From the NCBI RefSeq assembly GCF_000376425.1, contig NZ_AQWL01000001.1:348846-380845 (forward strand): a stretch of DNA of 32,000 nt. The letters run 5' to 3'. The DNA is from Thiobacillus denitrificans DSM 12475. GTDB taxonomy: Bacteria; Pseudomonadota; Gammaproteobacteria; Burkholderiales; Thiobacillaceae. Below, in pieces: positions 1 through 8,798 of the stretch (position 1 is its first letter; every line of letters begins with the position of its first letter). The position numbers and the translations under genes are program-made. The notes below the pieces were generated by a model. The model made no database searches. It had not been told where the DNA came from and saw only the letters and a list, made by a program, of their open reading frames with translations.

Positions 1-36
1 GACCAGGGTGAATCCGCGCGGCATCCGTTTCAGCAT
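1..36 (-). CDS. pseudopilin, 5' end only (gene runs off the window)
   Basis: Reverse complement of 1-36 reads MLKRMPRGFTLV, a prepilin class-III signal (G|FTLV). The ATG at 36 lies 7 nt after the stop of the upstream pseudopilin gene. Absent from the ORF track because it is truncated. Confidence 0.45.
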   Translation of the reverse strand, partial: MLKRMPRGFTLV

Positions 37-43
37 GAGGGCT

Positions 44-523
44 CTACCATTCCCTGTACGGAATGCCATTCAGCCCGGTGGCGGCCGATAGCGAATATAC
101 GTCGTATACGTCGCGTCCGGCCATCGGGGCGTCGGGCGGGCTGGCGTAGCTGCGCACCCCCCAGGTGGCGGCGGCCGGGGCGGCCGCGTCCGGAAAAAAC
201 GGGTCGCGCGGCAGGCGGCGGATGAAGTAGAGCTTGCTCGCATCCGGTTTGGTCTTGTCGACCACGCCGCGCCACAGCATGTCCAGTTCGGGCGGGTAGC
301 CGCTGTCGTCGGCCGGGGATGCGATGCGGCCTTCCGCGACGCCCTGCCTGTAGGCATCCAGCGCGCTGCGGATCTGCTGCAGCGCTGCACGCAATTCGGT
401 TTCCTTGTGACGCTGTTGCACCAGTTGTCCGAACGGCACCGCCATGCTGGCGAGCAGCGCGAGTATGGCCAGCGTGATCATCAATTCGATCAGGCTGAAG
501 CCGCCGTAGCGCCGGGTCGGCAT
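44..523 (-). CDS. GspG-like T2SS pseudopilin (second copy)
   Basis: N-terminus MPTRRYGG|FSLIELMITLAILALL is a prepilin cleavage/methylation motif. GspG-like body motifs (YP..L..L, LPRDP) are present. The start follows the secretin stop by 3 nt. Confidence 0.8.
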   Translation of the reverse strand: MPTRRYGGFSLIELMITLAILALLASMAVPFGQLVQQRHKETELRAALQQIRSALDAYRQGVAEGRIASPADDSGYPPELDMLWRGVVDKTKPDASKLYFIRRLPRDPFFPDAAAPAAATWGVRSYASPPDAPMAGRDVYDVYSLSAATGLNGIPYREW

Positions 524-526
524 GTT

Positions 527-2476
527 TCAGCTACCTGCCGCCGGAAGGGGAGGAATCTGCGGGGCCGGCGGGATGGATGCGTCATCGGGCACGCTCCCGT
601 CGCCGGCCGGCGGATCGGACTGGGGCGCCGCCGGCAAAGCCGTCTGCGGCGCTGCGGCCGTCGCAGGTACGAAGGGCGCCGCCAGTCCGCCACCGATAGC
701 GTTTTCGGTGCCGCCGCGGAATTCGGTCAGGGCCGGCTGGCGGGTGGCGTCGTTGCGCAGCACGCGCGGGGTGATCAGCAGCACGATCTCGGTCTTGCTG
801 CGTTCGTCGCGCTGGCTGGAGAACAGTCGCCCCACCAGCGGCAGGTCGCCCAGCCCCGGCACGCGGCTGGCGGTGCTGCGGTCCTCGTCCGAGATCAGGC
901 CGGCCAGCACCTGGGTTTCGCCGTCCTTCAGGCGCAGCGTGGTGCCGGCATTGCGGGTGCCGATCTGGTAGGTGAGGGTGCCGCTGCTGCTGCGGATCTC
1001 GCGCACGATGTTGGAGACTTCCAGCCCCATCTTGATCTGCACATCATGGTGCATCAGCACGCTGGGCTCGACGTCGAGCTTGAGTCCCACGTCCAGATAC
1101 GACACCGATTCCGATATCACGCCGGTCGAGGTGGTGTTGGAGGTGATCACCGGCACCTTGTCGCCGATATGGATCTTGGCCTTCTCGCGGTTCTTCACGC
1201 GGATGCGCGGATTGGCCAGCAGGTTGACGTCGCTGTCCTCTTTCTTCAGGTTGAGCTGCGGCGTGTTCATCGTGATGTCGGCGCCGGTGATGTGGCGTAG
1301 CTTGTCCACGGTCAGCGGCAGCGGCGACAGCGTGGTGTTGGTGGTGACCACCGGCGCGCCCACCGTGGACGAAGTCGCGGTTTGGTTGGTGACGGTGTTG
1401 AGCAGCGAAAACTGGTTGGGGTATTGCACGCCCAGGTCGAGCAGCCGACCGCGCTTGATTTCGAGCACTTCGACTTCGAGCATGACTTCCGGCTCGGCCA
1501 GATCCTGCACCGCGACAATCTTCTCCGCCAGGCGGATGGCGTCGGGCGTGTCGCGCATCACCAGCAGATTCAGCCGCTCGTCCACGTACAGATCCTTGGC
1601 CTTGATCAGGGTGCGCAGCATCGCCATGGTGGTCTTGGGATCGGCGTTGCCCAGATAGAAACTCTTCACCAGCAGCTCCTGGTACGTCTTGTTTTTTTGC
1701 GGCTGGTCGGGATAGATCAGCAGCGTGTTGGCGTTGACCACTTTCTTGGCCAGCTGGCCGGTCATCAGTAGCATGTCGATCGCGTCGGCGATCGGCGTAT
1801 TGCGCGCGAACAGCGTGGCCTTGAGATCCAGCCGGACGTCCTTGTCGAACACGAAATTGATGCCCGATTGCCGCGCGATCATGTCGAACACATTGCGCAG
1901 CGACGCATCGCGGAATTCCAGCGTGATCGGCTTGCGGGTGGCCGCCCCGAGTTCGCGCGTACTGAGTTCGTCGGGCGTGCGTAACGCCTGGATCTGCCGC
2001 AGCAGCGTCTGCGCGCCGGCATGGCCGGGCGCCTGCGCCAAAATCAGGTGCGCCACCTGTGCCGCCTCGTCGAGGCGGCCTGCCGACAGCGCCTGGTTTG
2101 CTGCCTGGAGCGTCTGTTGATGCTGGCGCATGGTCGCGAGATTGGCGAGCTGGGTATGCGCGCGCGGATTTTCGGGATGCAGCACCAGCACTTTCTGCAG
2201 CAGGGCTTCGGCGACATCGAAGCGTGTCGCGTCCAGTTCCTGTTGCGCCTGGAGCAGGAGGTCGCCAGTCAGGCGTTCGCGCTGGGTATGGTAGTAGGCC
2301 TTGAGTTCGATGTTGCCGGGCTCCTCGGCAAGCCCCGCGCGCAGACGTTCGATGCCGGCCTCGGCCTGGCCGGCGGCGAGCAGCGCGCGCCCCTCCTTGA
2401 GACCGCTGCTGGCACAGCCGGCCAGACTCAGGGCAAGCAGCGCGGCAATCGATAGGGAATGGCGAAAGGACTGCAA
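527..2476 (-). CDS. gspD: secretin (GspD/PilQ family) with lipoprotein signal and TPR-like N-terminal extension
   Basis: 649 aa. Lipobox LSLAGC. About 170 aa of helical TPR-like repeats, then an N0-like ITLEFRDASLRNVFDMIARQSGINFVFD segment. C-terminal secretin core NPRIRVKNREKAKIHIGDKVPVITS. Pro/Ala-rich tail. TTG start at 2476 preceded by AGGAG. Confidence 0.9.
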   Translation of the reverse strand: MQSFRHSLSIAALLALSLAGCASSGLKEGRALLAAGQAEAGIERLRAGLAEEPGNIELKAYYHTQRERLTGDLLLQAQQELDATRFDVAEALLQKVLVLHPENPRAHTQLANLATMRQHQQTLQAANQALSAGRLDEAAQVAHLILAQAPGHAGAQTLLRQIQALRTPDELSTRELGAATRKPITLEFRDASLRNVFDMIARQSGINFVFDKDVRLDLKATLFARNTPIADAIDMLLMTGQLAKKVVNANTLLIYPDQPQKNKTYQELLVKSFYLGNADPKTTMAMLRTLIKAKDLYVDERLNLLVMRDTPDAIRLAEKIVAVQDLAEPEVMLEVEVLEIKRGRLLDLGVQYPNQFSLLNTVTNQTATSSTVGAPVVTTNTTLSPLPLTVDKLRHITGADITMNTPQLNLKKEDSDVNLLANPRIRVKNREKAKIHIGDKVPVITSNTTSTGVISESVSYLDVGLKLDVEPSVLMHHDVQIKMGLEVSNIVREIRSSSGTLTYQIGTRNAGTTLRLKDGETQVLAGLISDEDRSTASRVPGLGDLPLVGRLFSSQRDERSKTEIVLLITPRVLRNDATRQPALTEFRGGTENAIGGGLAAPFVPATAAAPQTALPAAPQSDPPAGDGSVPDDASIPPAPQIPPLPAAGS

Positions 2477-2477
2477 C

Positions 2478-2987
2478 TCAATCTCCTGTGCGCAGGCTGC
2501 GCGTCTGGTTCAGCGGTAGATAAGTGAAATTCAGGATGCCGTCGACCACCGGTTCCAGCCGCCATACACCGTCGAGCACCTGGCCGGCGTGTACGCTCAC
2601 CGGCACCGTGCCGCGGGCCAGGTACCAGGTGGTGTGGCCGGCCTCCTGCCAGCGTCCCATGTAGCTGAATGGCAGAGCCGGCGCCTGCGGGGGCGGCAGT
2701 GGCACATAAGGGGGCGGCGGTGGCGGGGGCGGCGGCACGAACCAGGTCTGTTCGGGAAACAGGTTGGCACGGGAAAGCGCCAGCCGCGGCGCCGCTGCCT
2801 GAGGGCTGGCCGGCACGATGACGGGCCGGCCGGTGGCGCGCGGGCGCGCACGCGCCACGGGTTCGGCCAGCTCGAGTCCGGCATCGCCTGCTTCGGTGGC
2901 CGGTTCGTCGAGCGCCAGCCAGATCGACCACGCTACTGCGCCGGCCAACACGGCGAACAGAACCCGGCGCCGTTGTGTTTCGCTCAT
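2478..2987 (-). CDS. PilP/GspC-HR-like inner-membrane assembly protein, proline-rich
   Basis: 169 aa. One N-terminal TM (VLFAVLAGAVAWSIWLAL), a PPPPPPPPP linker, and a C-terminal beta-rich segment (FSYMGRWQEAGHTTWYLARG..VLDGVWRLEPV) resembling PilP/GspC HR domains. ATGA overlap with the upstream gene. Confidence 0.45.
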   Translation of the reverse strand: MSETQRRRVLFAVLAGAVAWSIWLALDEPATEAGDAGLELAEPVARARPRATGRPVIVPASPQAAAPRLALSRANLFPEQTWFVPPPPPPPPPYVPLPPPQAPALPFSYMGRWQEAGHTTWYLARGTVPVSVHAGQVLDGVWRLEPVVDGILNFTYLPLNQTRSLRTGD

Positions 2988-3511
2988 GGCGTCGCCTCCA
3001 TGAACAGGCTCAGGTGCAACTCGGCCTGCAGCTCGCCGGATTCGATGCGATCACGCTTCAGCTTCAGCTCGTCCAGCGTCAGGTTGGGTTGGCGTTCCAG
3101 CGCCGCCGCGATGAAAGCATGCAGTGCCGGGTAGGAAGTCACAACCGGTAGCACCAGCTGCCAGCGTTGCAGCGGGGTGGCCGCCAGCGGCGACACGCTG
3201 TATTGCCCGCGCGGCAGGTCGAATCCGTGCGCGCGCGCCAGCCGTTCCAGTTCGCCGATCTGCTGTGCCGCCGCTCCTGCCGGCGGCAGCTCGGCCAGCG
3301 GATTGAATGGCACCGGTGCTGGCGCGGCCGGCCGCGCGGTGGTCACGTGCAGCGCGGCCAGGCGTTCGTGCTGAGCGGCGACCGCCCGCTGCACCGAGGA
3401 AACCTGGACGCCCTGCAGCAGCAGCGCGCCCGCCAGCAGTCCCAGCCCGGCCAGGCCGCCGGCGCCGAGGCGGCGCGCCCATTGTCGCAGTTGCCAGATC
3501 AGATTTGTCAT
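2984..3511 (-). CDS. PilO/GspM-like assembly protein
   Basis: 175 aa with an N-terminal TM (GLAGLGLLAGALLL), a coiled segment and an alpha/beta C-terminal domain. Its position and size match PilO/GspM. ATGA overlaps on both sides. Confidence 0.5.
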   Translation of the reverse strand: MTNLIWQLRQWARRLGAGGLAGLGLLAGALLLQGVQVSSVQRAVAAQHERLAALHVTTARPAAPAPVPFNPLAELPPAGAAAQQIGELERLARAHGFDLPRGQYSVSPLAATPLQRWQLVLPVVTSYPALHAFIAAALERQPNLTLDELKLKRDRIESGELQAELHLSLFMEATP

Positions 3512-4026
3512 GCGCCCAGCTCCACCAGGATAGTGATGCGCACCGGATGCTGTCCGGCGTCGGCCTGCGCCTCGTGCTGGGTCAGCGTGGCACGCTTCAC
3601 CCCCGGCTGCTGTTGCAGCGCGTCGATGAAGGCGACGGCATCGGCAAGCTGCCGCGCTTCGGCCACCAGCTTGAGCTGCGACTTGGCCTGCACGGCGTCG
3701 AGCGAGAGCAGCGCGATCCTGGCGCTGCGCGCCGTGGCCAGTGCGTCGAACGCCGGCTGCCAGGAATGGCCGAGCTGTGCCGCGATGCGTGCCTGGGCTG
3801 CGTGTGCCGCACTGTCGGCGCGCGTGGCGGGTTGTGCCGTCGCGCGCGGCTGGGCCCGTTCGAGCGCGGCGATCCGCAGCGCCAGCCCGGTCTCGGCAGC
3901 GCGCGCCGCCTGCAGATTGCTCCAGGCCCAGCCCAGTGCCGCCATGCCGGCCAGCGCCAGCGCAATGCTCAGCCTGGCGGGACGCGAGGAGCGCGCATGG
4001 AAATCGAAATCGAGCCGCATTGTCAT
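3508..4026 (-). CDS. PilN-like assembly protein
   Basis: The track ORF 3508-4413 overlaps the upstream gene. The internal ATG at 4026 (MTMRLDFDFH...) forms an ATGA overlap with that gene's stop at 4023. This gives 172 aa with a TM (LSIALALAGMAALGWAW), a coiled coil and a PilN-type C-terminal domain. Confidence 0.5.
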   Translation of the reverse strand: MTMRLDFDFHARSSRPARLSIALALAGMAALGWAWSNLQAARAAETGLALRIAALERAQPRATAQPATRADSAAHAAQARIAAQLGHSWQPAFDALATARSARIALLSLDAVQAKSQLKLVAEARQLADAVAFIDALQQQPGVKRATLTQHEAQADAGQHPVRITILVELGA

Positions 4027-4781
4027 ATTCCCGCCAACGCCAGTGCGCCGCGGAGTTGCGTGTCGTGCGGCAGCACCTGCCAGCGGGTACCGGCGGAATC
4101 CGGCGCTGCCACCGTGCCGGTGCCCAGCGCCTGAATCCAGGTCGCAGCGGGGAGGGGCTGCGCCATCAGCGCGGCCTCGCGTTCGATCAGCTCGGGCAGT
4201 GTCGCGGCCCAGCCGTCGTCGACCGGCTGGCCGGCGACGTGTCGCCAGATGCCGTTTGCCGAACCGAACAGGCTCAGCCAGCCCGGCTCGACCAGCGCCC
4301 ACCAGCCAGCCAGCCGCTGCGGCAGGCGACGCGCAGCGACGCTGGCGAGCGGGCGGATCGTCACATCGCGAAAACCATGGCGAGCCAGCAGCGCATCCAG
4401 TTGCCGGACCCACGCCGCATCCATCGCGGCGCCGAGCAGGCCATGTTGCGGTGGCTGGCTGAGCACCTGCACGTTCCAGTGCTCGGCCTCGTCGCCATAG
4501 ATGTCGCGCAGGCTGGCCGTCACCAGAGCGCGCTCCTCGGCAGGCGCGAGCGCCTTGCCGGGCGGCGGCGTCAGCACATGGCGAACGAAGTGCTGCGACA
4601 CCACCACCTCGGCGCGGCGGCTGCGCCAGGCGGCATCGGCGAGGGCATCGTCGAGCAGCGGCAGCAGGCTCGCCGCGCCGCGTTCATGGCTGGCGAGCAC
4701 GCGGCTGTCGCGTGCGCGCAGCAGCGCGGCTTCGCCGGGAATGAGCGCGATGCGCAAGGAATCAGCCGACCAGCGTGACAC
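4023..4781 (-). CDS. GspL-cytoplasmic/PilM-like assembly protein (no TM)
   Basis: 252 aa, soluble. Pattern VVVSQHFVRHVLTPPPGKALAPAEERALVTASL is typical of GspL/PilM N-terminal regions. GTG start overlaps the gspE 3' end by 20 nt. Confidence 0.4.
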   Translation of the reverse strand: MSRWSADSLRIALIPGEAALLRARDSRVLASHERGAASLLPLLDDALADAAWRSRRAEVVVSQHFVRHVLTPPPGKALAPAEERALVTASLRDIYGDEAEHWNVQVLSQPPQHGLLGAAMDAAWVRQLDALLARHGFRDVTIRPLASVAARRLPQRLAGWWALVEPGWLSLFGSANGIWRHVAGQPVDDGWAATLPELIEREAALMAQPLPAATWIQALGTGTVAAPDSAGTRWQVLPHDTQLRGALALAGI

Positions 4782-6438
4782 GGTTGATCTCCTCCAGGGT
4801 GGTGTCGCCCGACTTCACCAGCGCGAGCGCCGCCTCGCGCAGGCTGCGGGTGCCGCCGCGCGCGGCGGCTTCCTTGATCTGGCCAATCGGCGCGCGCGCC
4901 ACGATCAGTTCGCGTAGTTCGTCAGTCAGCAGCAGTATTTCGGCGACGGCGCGGCGGCCCTTGTAGCCACTGCCGCGGCAGTGGCCGCAGCCGCTGCCCT
5001 GGCGAAATTCGTAGTCGCGGGTCTTCTCGAGCGTCAGGCCCGACAGTTCGAGCAGGTCGTCGGCGGGCACGACCGGCGCGGCGCAATGCGGGCAGTTCAC
5101 CCGCAGCAGACGCTGCGCCACGATGCCATTGAGCGCCGATACGAAGCTGTAGGGGTCGACGCCCATGTGAATGAAGCGGCCGATGACGTCGAACACGTTG
5201 TTGGCGTGCACGGTGGTGAACACCAAGTGGCCGGTGAGCGCCGACTGCACCGCGATCTGCGCGGTGTCGGCGTCGCGGATCTCGCCGACCATGATCTTGT
5301 CGGGGTCGTGGCGCAGAATCGAGCGCAGGCCGCGCGCGAACGTCAGTCCCTTCTTCTCGTTGACCGGAATCTGCAGCACGCCTGGCAGCTGGTATTCGAC
5401 CGGGTCCTCGATGGTGACGATCTTGTCGCGGCCGTGGTTGATCTCGGAAATCGCCGCGTACAGCGTGGTGGTCTTGCCCGAGCCGGTCGGCCCGGTCACC
5501 AGCAGCATGCCGTAGGGCTCGGCTGCCAGCTTGCGGATGCGCGCCAGCGTCGCCCCGGCGTAGCCGAGGCCTTCCAGCGTGAGGCCCGAGAGTTCTTCCG
5601 ACAGCGCCTGCCGGTCCAGGATCCGCAGCACCGCATCTTCGCCGAATACGCTCGGCATGATCGACACCCGCACGTCGACCTCGCGCCCCTGCATCGACAC
5701 CTTGAAGCGGCCGTCCTGCGGCACCCGGCGCTCGGCGATGTCGAGTTCGGCCATCACCTTGATGCGCGACACCGCCTGTTCGGCAACTTCGACTCCCGCG
5801 GCGTGGGCGATATGCGACAGCACGCCGTCGATGCGGTATTTCACCGTCAGGCCGCGCGGATCGGTTTCCATGTGGATGTCGGAGGCGCCGGCTTTCAGCG
5901 CGTCGTACAGCGTCGAGCGCACCAGCCGCACTACCGGGCTGGCGTCCTCGGCGATGCTGGCGAACGACAGGGTTTCGGCGCCGGAGTCCGGCGCCGCCTG
6001 CGTGCTGCCGCCGCCCACGCCCTCCATCGCGCGCAGGCCCTCCTCGTGGCGCGCCAGCAGTGCCGCCAGATCGGCGGGGTGGGCGAGCCCGGTCTTGAAC
6101 GGCGTTCCCAGCACATGCCCGGCATAGGCCCGGCTGGCACTGTCCCAAGGATCGGTCAGCAGCAGCCAGGGTTGTCCGTCACCATCGCGTGCGGCCAGGC
6201 AATGCCGGCGCGCGGCCTCGTTGAAGCCGAGTTTGCCGAAGTCAGCGGTCAGTGCGTTCAGCCCGGCCATGTCGAAGGCGGGCTGGCGGCAATGGGCGGC
6301 CAGCAGATGCAGCGTGGCGTCGGCGTCGAGGCCGAACTGCTCCTGCAGCCTCAGTATCACGGACTGGCCGGCAGCGTGCGCTTCCTGGCGCAGGCTGGCC
6401 AGGGCGGCGGCGGTGAGGGCGGGTTGCGGTGCGTTCAC
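4762..6438 (-). CDS. gspE: type II secretion ATPase GspE
   Basis: Walker A GPTGSGKTT, Asp/His boxes, tetracysteine CPHC...CGHC. The track ORF (to 7026) overlaps gspF. GTG at 6438 (VNAPQP...) makes a GTGA overlap with the gspF stop, giving 558 aa. Confidence 0.9.
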   Translation of the reverse strand: MNAPQPALTAAALASLRQEAHAAGQSVILRLQEQFGLDADATLHLLAAHCRQPAFDMAGLNALTADFGKLGFNEAARRHCLAARDGDGQPWLLLTDPWDSASRAYAGHVLGTPFKTGLAHPADLAALLARHEEGLRAMEGVGGGSTQAAPDSGAETLSFASIAEDASPVVRLVRSTLYDALKAGASDIHMETDPRGLTVKYRIDGVLSHIAHAAGVEVAEQAVSRIKVMAELDIAERRVPQDGRFKVSMQGREVDVRVSIMPSVFGEDAVLRILDRQALSEELSGLTLEGLGYAGATLARIRKLAAEPYGMLLVTGPTGSGKTTTLYAAISEINHGRDKIVTIEDPVEYQLPGVLQIPVNEKKGLTFARGLRSILRHDPDKIMVGEIRDADTAQIAVQSALTGHLVFTTVHANNVFDVIGRFIHMGVDPYSFVSALNGIVAQRLLRVNCPHCAAPVVPADDLLELSGLTLEKTRDYEFRQGSGCGHCRGSGYKGRRAVAEILLLTDELRELIVARAPIGQIKEAAARGGTRSLREAALALVKSGDTTLEEINRVTLVG

Positions 6439-7619
6439 TGGATCGATCCCGCCAGGTCGAAGATCGGCATATAGAGCAGCACCACGATCAGGCCGATGGT
6501 GAGGCCGATGAACACCATCAGCAGCGGCTCGAACAGGCGGGTGAACCAGTCCACCCAGCGCGCCATTTCCTCGTCGTGAAAAATGGCGATGCGCTCCATC
6601 ATCTCGCCCATGCGGCCACTTTTCTCGCCGACGCGCAGCAGTCGCGCGGCCACCGGCGTGGTCAGCTTGCCGCGGGCGAACGCCGCCGAGATGGTTTCGC
6701 CGCGACGCATCGTCTCCATCGCCGTCGCCGCGCCGCCGCGCAGGTGCGCCGAAAGCAGCCCCGATACCATGCCGAGCGCCTGGACGACGGGAATGCCGCC
6801 GGCGAGCAGCATGCCGAGGCTGCGGTAGAAGCGGGCCAGTTCGAAGGTGCGCAGATGCTCGCCGATCGCCGGGAGTCGCCAGGCCAGGCGGGTGAGCGCG
6901 GCGCGGGTGGCGGGCTGCGACAGCACGGCGACCAGGCTGGCGACCAGACCCAGCGCGCCCAGCGCAACCCAGCCGCCGTGCGCTCCGACCGCCTCGCCCC
7001 AGGCCAGCAGCATGCGCGACATCCACGGCAGGTCGCGTCCGGCGTCGGCATACACGGTGGCGAAGCGCGGCACCACGTAGCCGAGCAGAAAACCGATCAC
7101 CAGCGTACCGACGCCGATCAGCAGCATCGGGTAAATCGACGCCGACAGCACTTTCTTCTTTACCGTGTCGATCTGGTTCTGATAGCCGAGGTAACGGGCC
7201 AGCGCGGGCGAGAGGTCGCCGGTGCTCTCGGCCGCGCGCACTGTAGCGGTATACAGGGGCGGGAATGCATCGCCCTGCGTGGCGAGTGCGGCCGAAAACG
7301 GGCGGCCTTCGCGCATGGTGGCAAGCAGGCGCTCGATCAGCTGGCGCGATTCGGGGCGGCTTTCCTTCTCGGCCAGGGTTTCCAGCGCCTCGGTCAGGGT
7401 CAGTCCGGCATCCAGCAGCGCGATCAGTTCCTGCGTGAACAGCAGCAGCGGAAAGCGTATGCGCCGTGCCGCCAGCCAGCCCGCGCGCTCGGCGACGATG
7501 GACAGCACCTGCGCACCTTCGCGCTGCAGCCGCGCAGTGACCTCGGCCTCGTCGAGCGCTTCCAGCGTCAGCGCCGTGACTCCCGCACCCGGGCGCAAGG
7601 CTTTTACCCGGTAGCGCAT
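6435..7619 (-). CDS. gspF: type II secretion inner-membrane platform protein GspF
   Basis: 394 aa with two GspF repeats and three TM segments (e.g. SIYPMLLIGVGTLVIGFLLGYVVP; EPLLMVFIGLTIGLIVVLLYMPIF). Confidence 0.9.
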   Translation of the reverse strand: MRYRVKALRPGAGVTALTLEALDEAEVTARLQREGAQVLSIVAERAGWLAARRIRFPLLLFTQELIALLDAGLTLTEALETLAEKESRPESRQLIERLLATMREGRPFSAALATQGDAFPPLYTATVRAAESTGDLSPALARYLGYQNQIDTVKKKVLSASIYPMLLIGVGTLVIGFLLGYVVPRFATVYADAGRDLPWMSRMLLAWGEAVGAHGGWVALGALGLVASLVAVLSQPATRAALTRLAWRLPAIGEHLRTFELARFYRSLGMLLAGGIPVVQALGMVSGLLSAHLRGGAATAMETMRRGETISAAFARGKLTTPVAARLLRVGEKSGRMGEMMERIAIFHDEEMARWVDWFTRLFEPLLMVFIGLTIGLIVVLLYMPIFDLAGSIQ

Positions 7620-8054
7620 TTACCAGTTGCCGATGTCGGCGCCGTCGCCGCTGCCGCCGGGTGCGCCATCGCGGCCAAACGAGAAGATGTCCACCTCGCC
7701 GCGCTCGCCGGGCATGCGGTATTGATACGGCTTGCCCCAGGGATCGTTCGGCACCGCTTTCTTCAGATAGGGGCCGTCCCAGCGCGCTTCGTCGGCAGGC
7801 TTGGTGTTCAGCGCGGCCAGGCCCTGCTCGATGCCGGGGTAATGACCGGTGTCGATGCGGTATTGGTCGAGCGCCTTTTCCAGCGCGCCGATCTGGGCCT
7901 GCGCTGTCTTGACTTCGGACTTGCCGACCTGGGAGAAATACTTGGGTGCCACATAACCTGCCAGCAGCCCCAGAATCACCAGCACCACCAGCAGTTCGAG
8001 CAGGGTGAAGCCGCCGCTGCGGCCGGGGCCGGATGTCGCGATGAATGGAAACAC
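7620..8054 (-). CDS. gspG: major pseudopilin GspG
   Basis: GG|FTLLELLVVLVILGLLAGYVAPKY, then GspG hallmarks (LDQYRIDTGHYP, WDGPYLKK, PNDPWGKPYQY, SFGRDGAPGG...DIGNW). I place the start at GTG 8054, preceded by AGAGG at 7 nt, rather than the track's ATG 8177. Confidence 0.85.
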   Translation of the reverse strand: MFPFIATSGPGRSGGFTLLELLVVLVILGLLAGYVAPKYFSQVGKSEVKTAQAQIGALEKALDQYRIDTGHYPGIEQGLAALNTKPADEARWDGPYLKKAVPNDPWGKPYQYRMPGERGEVDIFSFGRDGAPGGSGDGADIGNW

Positions 8055-8671
8055 AATCTGACCTCTGTGTGGTTGTCCGCCGTGGAATGGATGGATTGCC
8101 TGAGATGCGTGCCGGCGTCCCCGGACGACGGGCAGGGGAGGGGCAACTGTCGTGGAGTTGAATTGAAACAGCCGCATGTTACCGGCGTGTTAAAAGTGGG
8201 AATCAGGCTCGCCAGGCCGTCTTGCCTCGCCGGAAGCAAAGCGGTCGTTGTCTTGAATTGCGTGGGATATCGGGGTGCCGGGCAACGGGGTACCGGGACG
8301 CATCGCCGTCCGATGCCGCACCGGAGCATGGAAGAATCGCGCTGTCGCTGAAAGCGGCGGCCCGCCCGAAAACGGGATGCCAGGCGCCAGTCGAATATTG
8401 ACGGACAAAATGATCACCCATGCAGTCTCCCCCTGCCGATGCAACGATCACGATTTGTTATCCGCAAATTGCCGGCGTGCCGGGCCGCTGGCTTATTTGA
8501 TTTATGGCTGTGAACTTATCACGCGGATTTTCAAGCGGTCAATATGTTCTGATTTTTAATGGGTATTGGCTTGCTCTGGCCGTCTATCGTCATTTGCGTA
8601 GAACCAGGGAAATAAACGGCGCTTGTGCCTGGCGAACGGTCGGAACCGAATGCGCTGTAATTCGCATGCGA

Positions 8672-8701
8672 TTGACAAATCCATAAACCTACGGATAGAG
8701 T
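8672..8701 (+). promoter_or_regulatory. candidate sigma70 promoter for the rhs locus
   Basis: TTGACA (8672-8677), an 18-nt spacer, then TAGAGT (8696-8701), about 100 nt upstream of ATG 8799. Motif match only. Confidence 0.25.
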
Positions 8702-8798
8702 CCGGACCACATCACGGCCCGCGCAACGCACGCGAGCCGACCCTGCGGAAGAACAAACAAAACAATTCAAAGCAATTTCCGAAGGGGAGGGAAGAATC

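Noticed and set aside
4762-7026. Over-long 5' extensions of track ORFs (gspE to 7026, pilN-like to 4413, gspG to 8177, catalase from 17120, glsB-like to 20047)
   Set aside because: The extensions overlap upstream genes or lack homology-like sequence. Internal starts with an RBS or 4-nt overlaps give family-typical lengths.
407-8351. Long plus-strand ORFs (407-1300, 3167-4462, 3741-4778, 4981-6474, 6429-8351 and others) antisense to the T2SS genes
   Set aside because: Their Arg/Ala/Gly-rich, low-complexity translations are typical of shadow frames in high-GC DNA. The opposite strand encodes recognisable Gsp proteins with coupled starts and stops.
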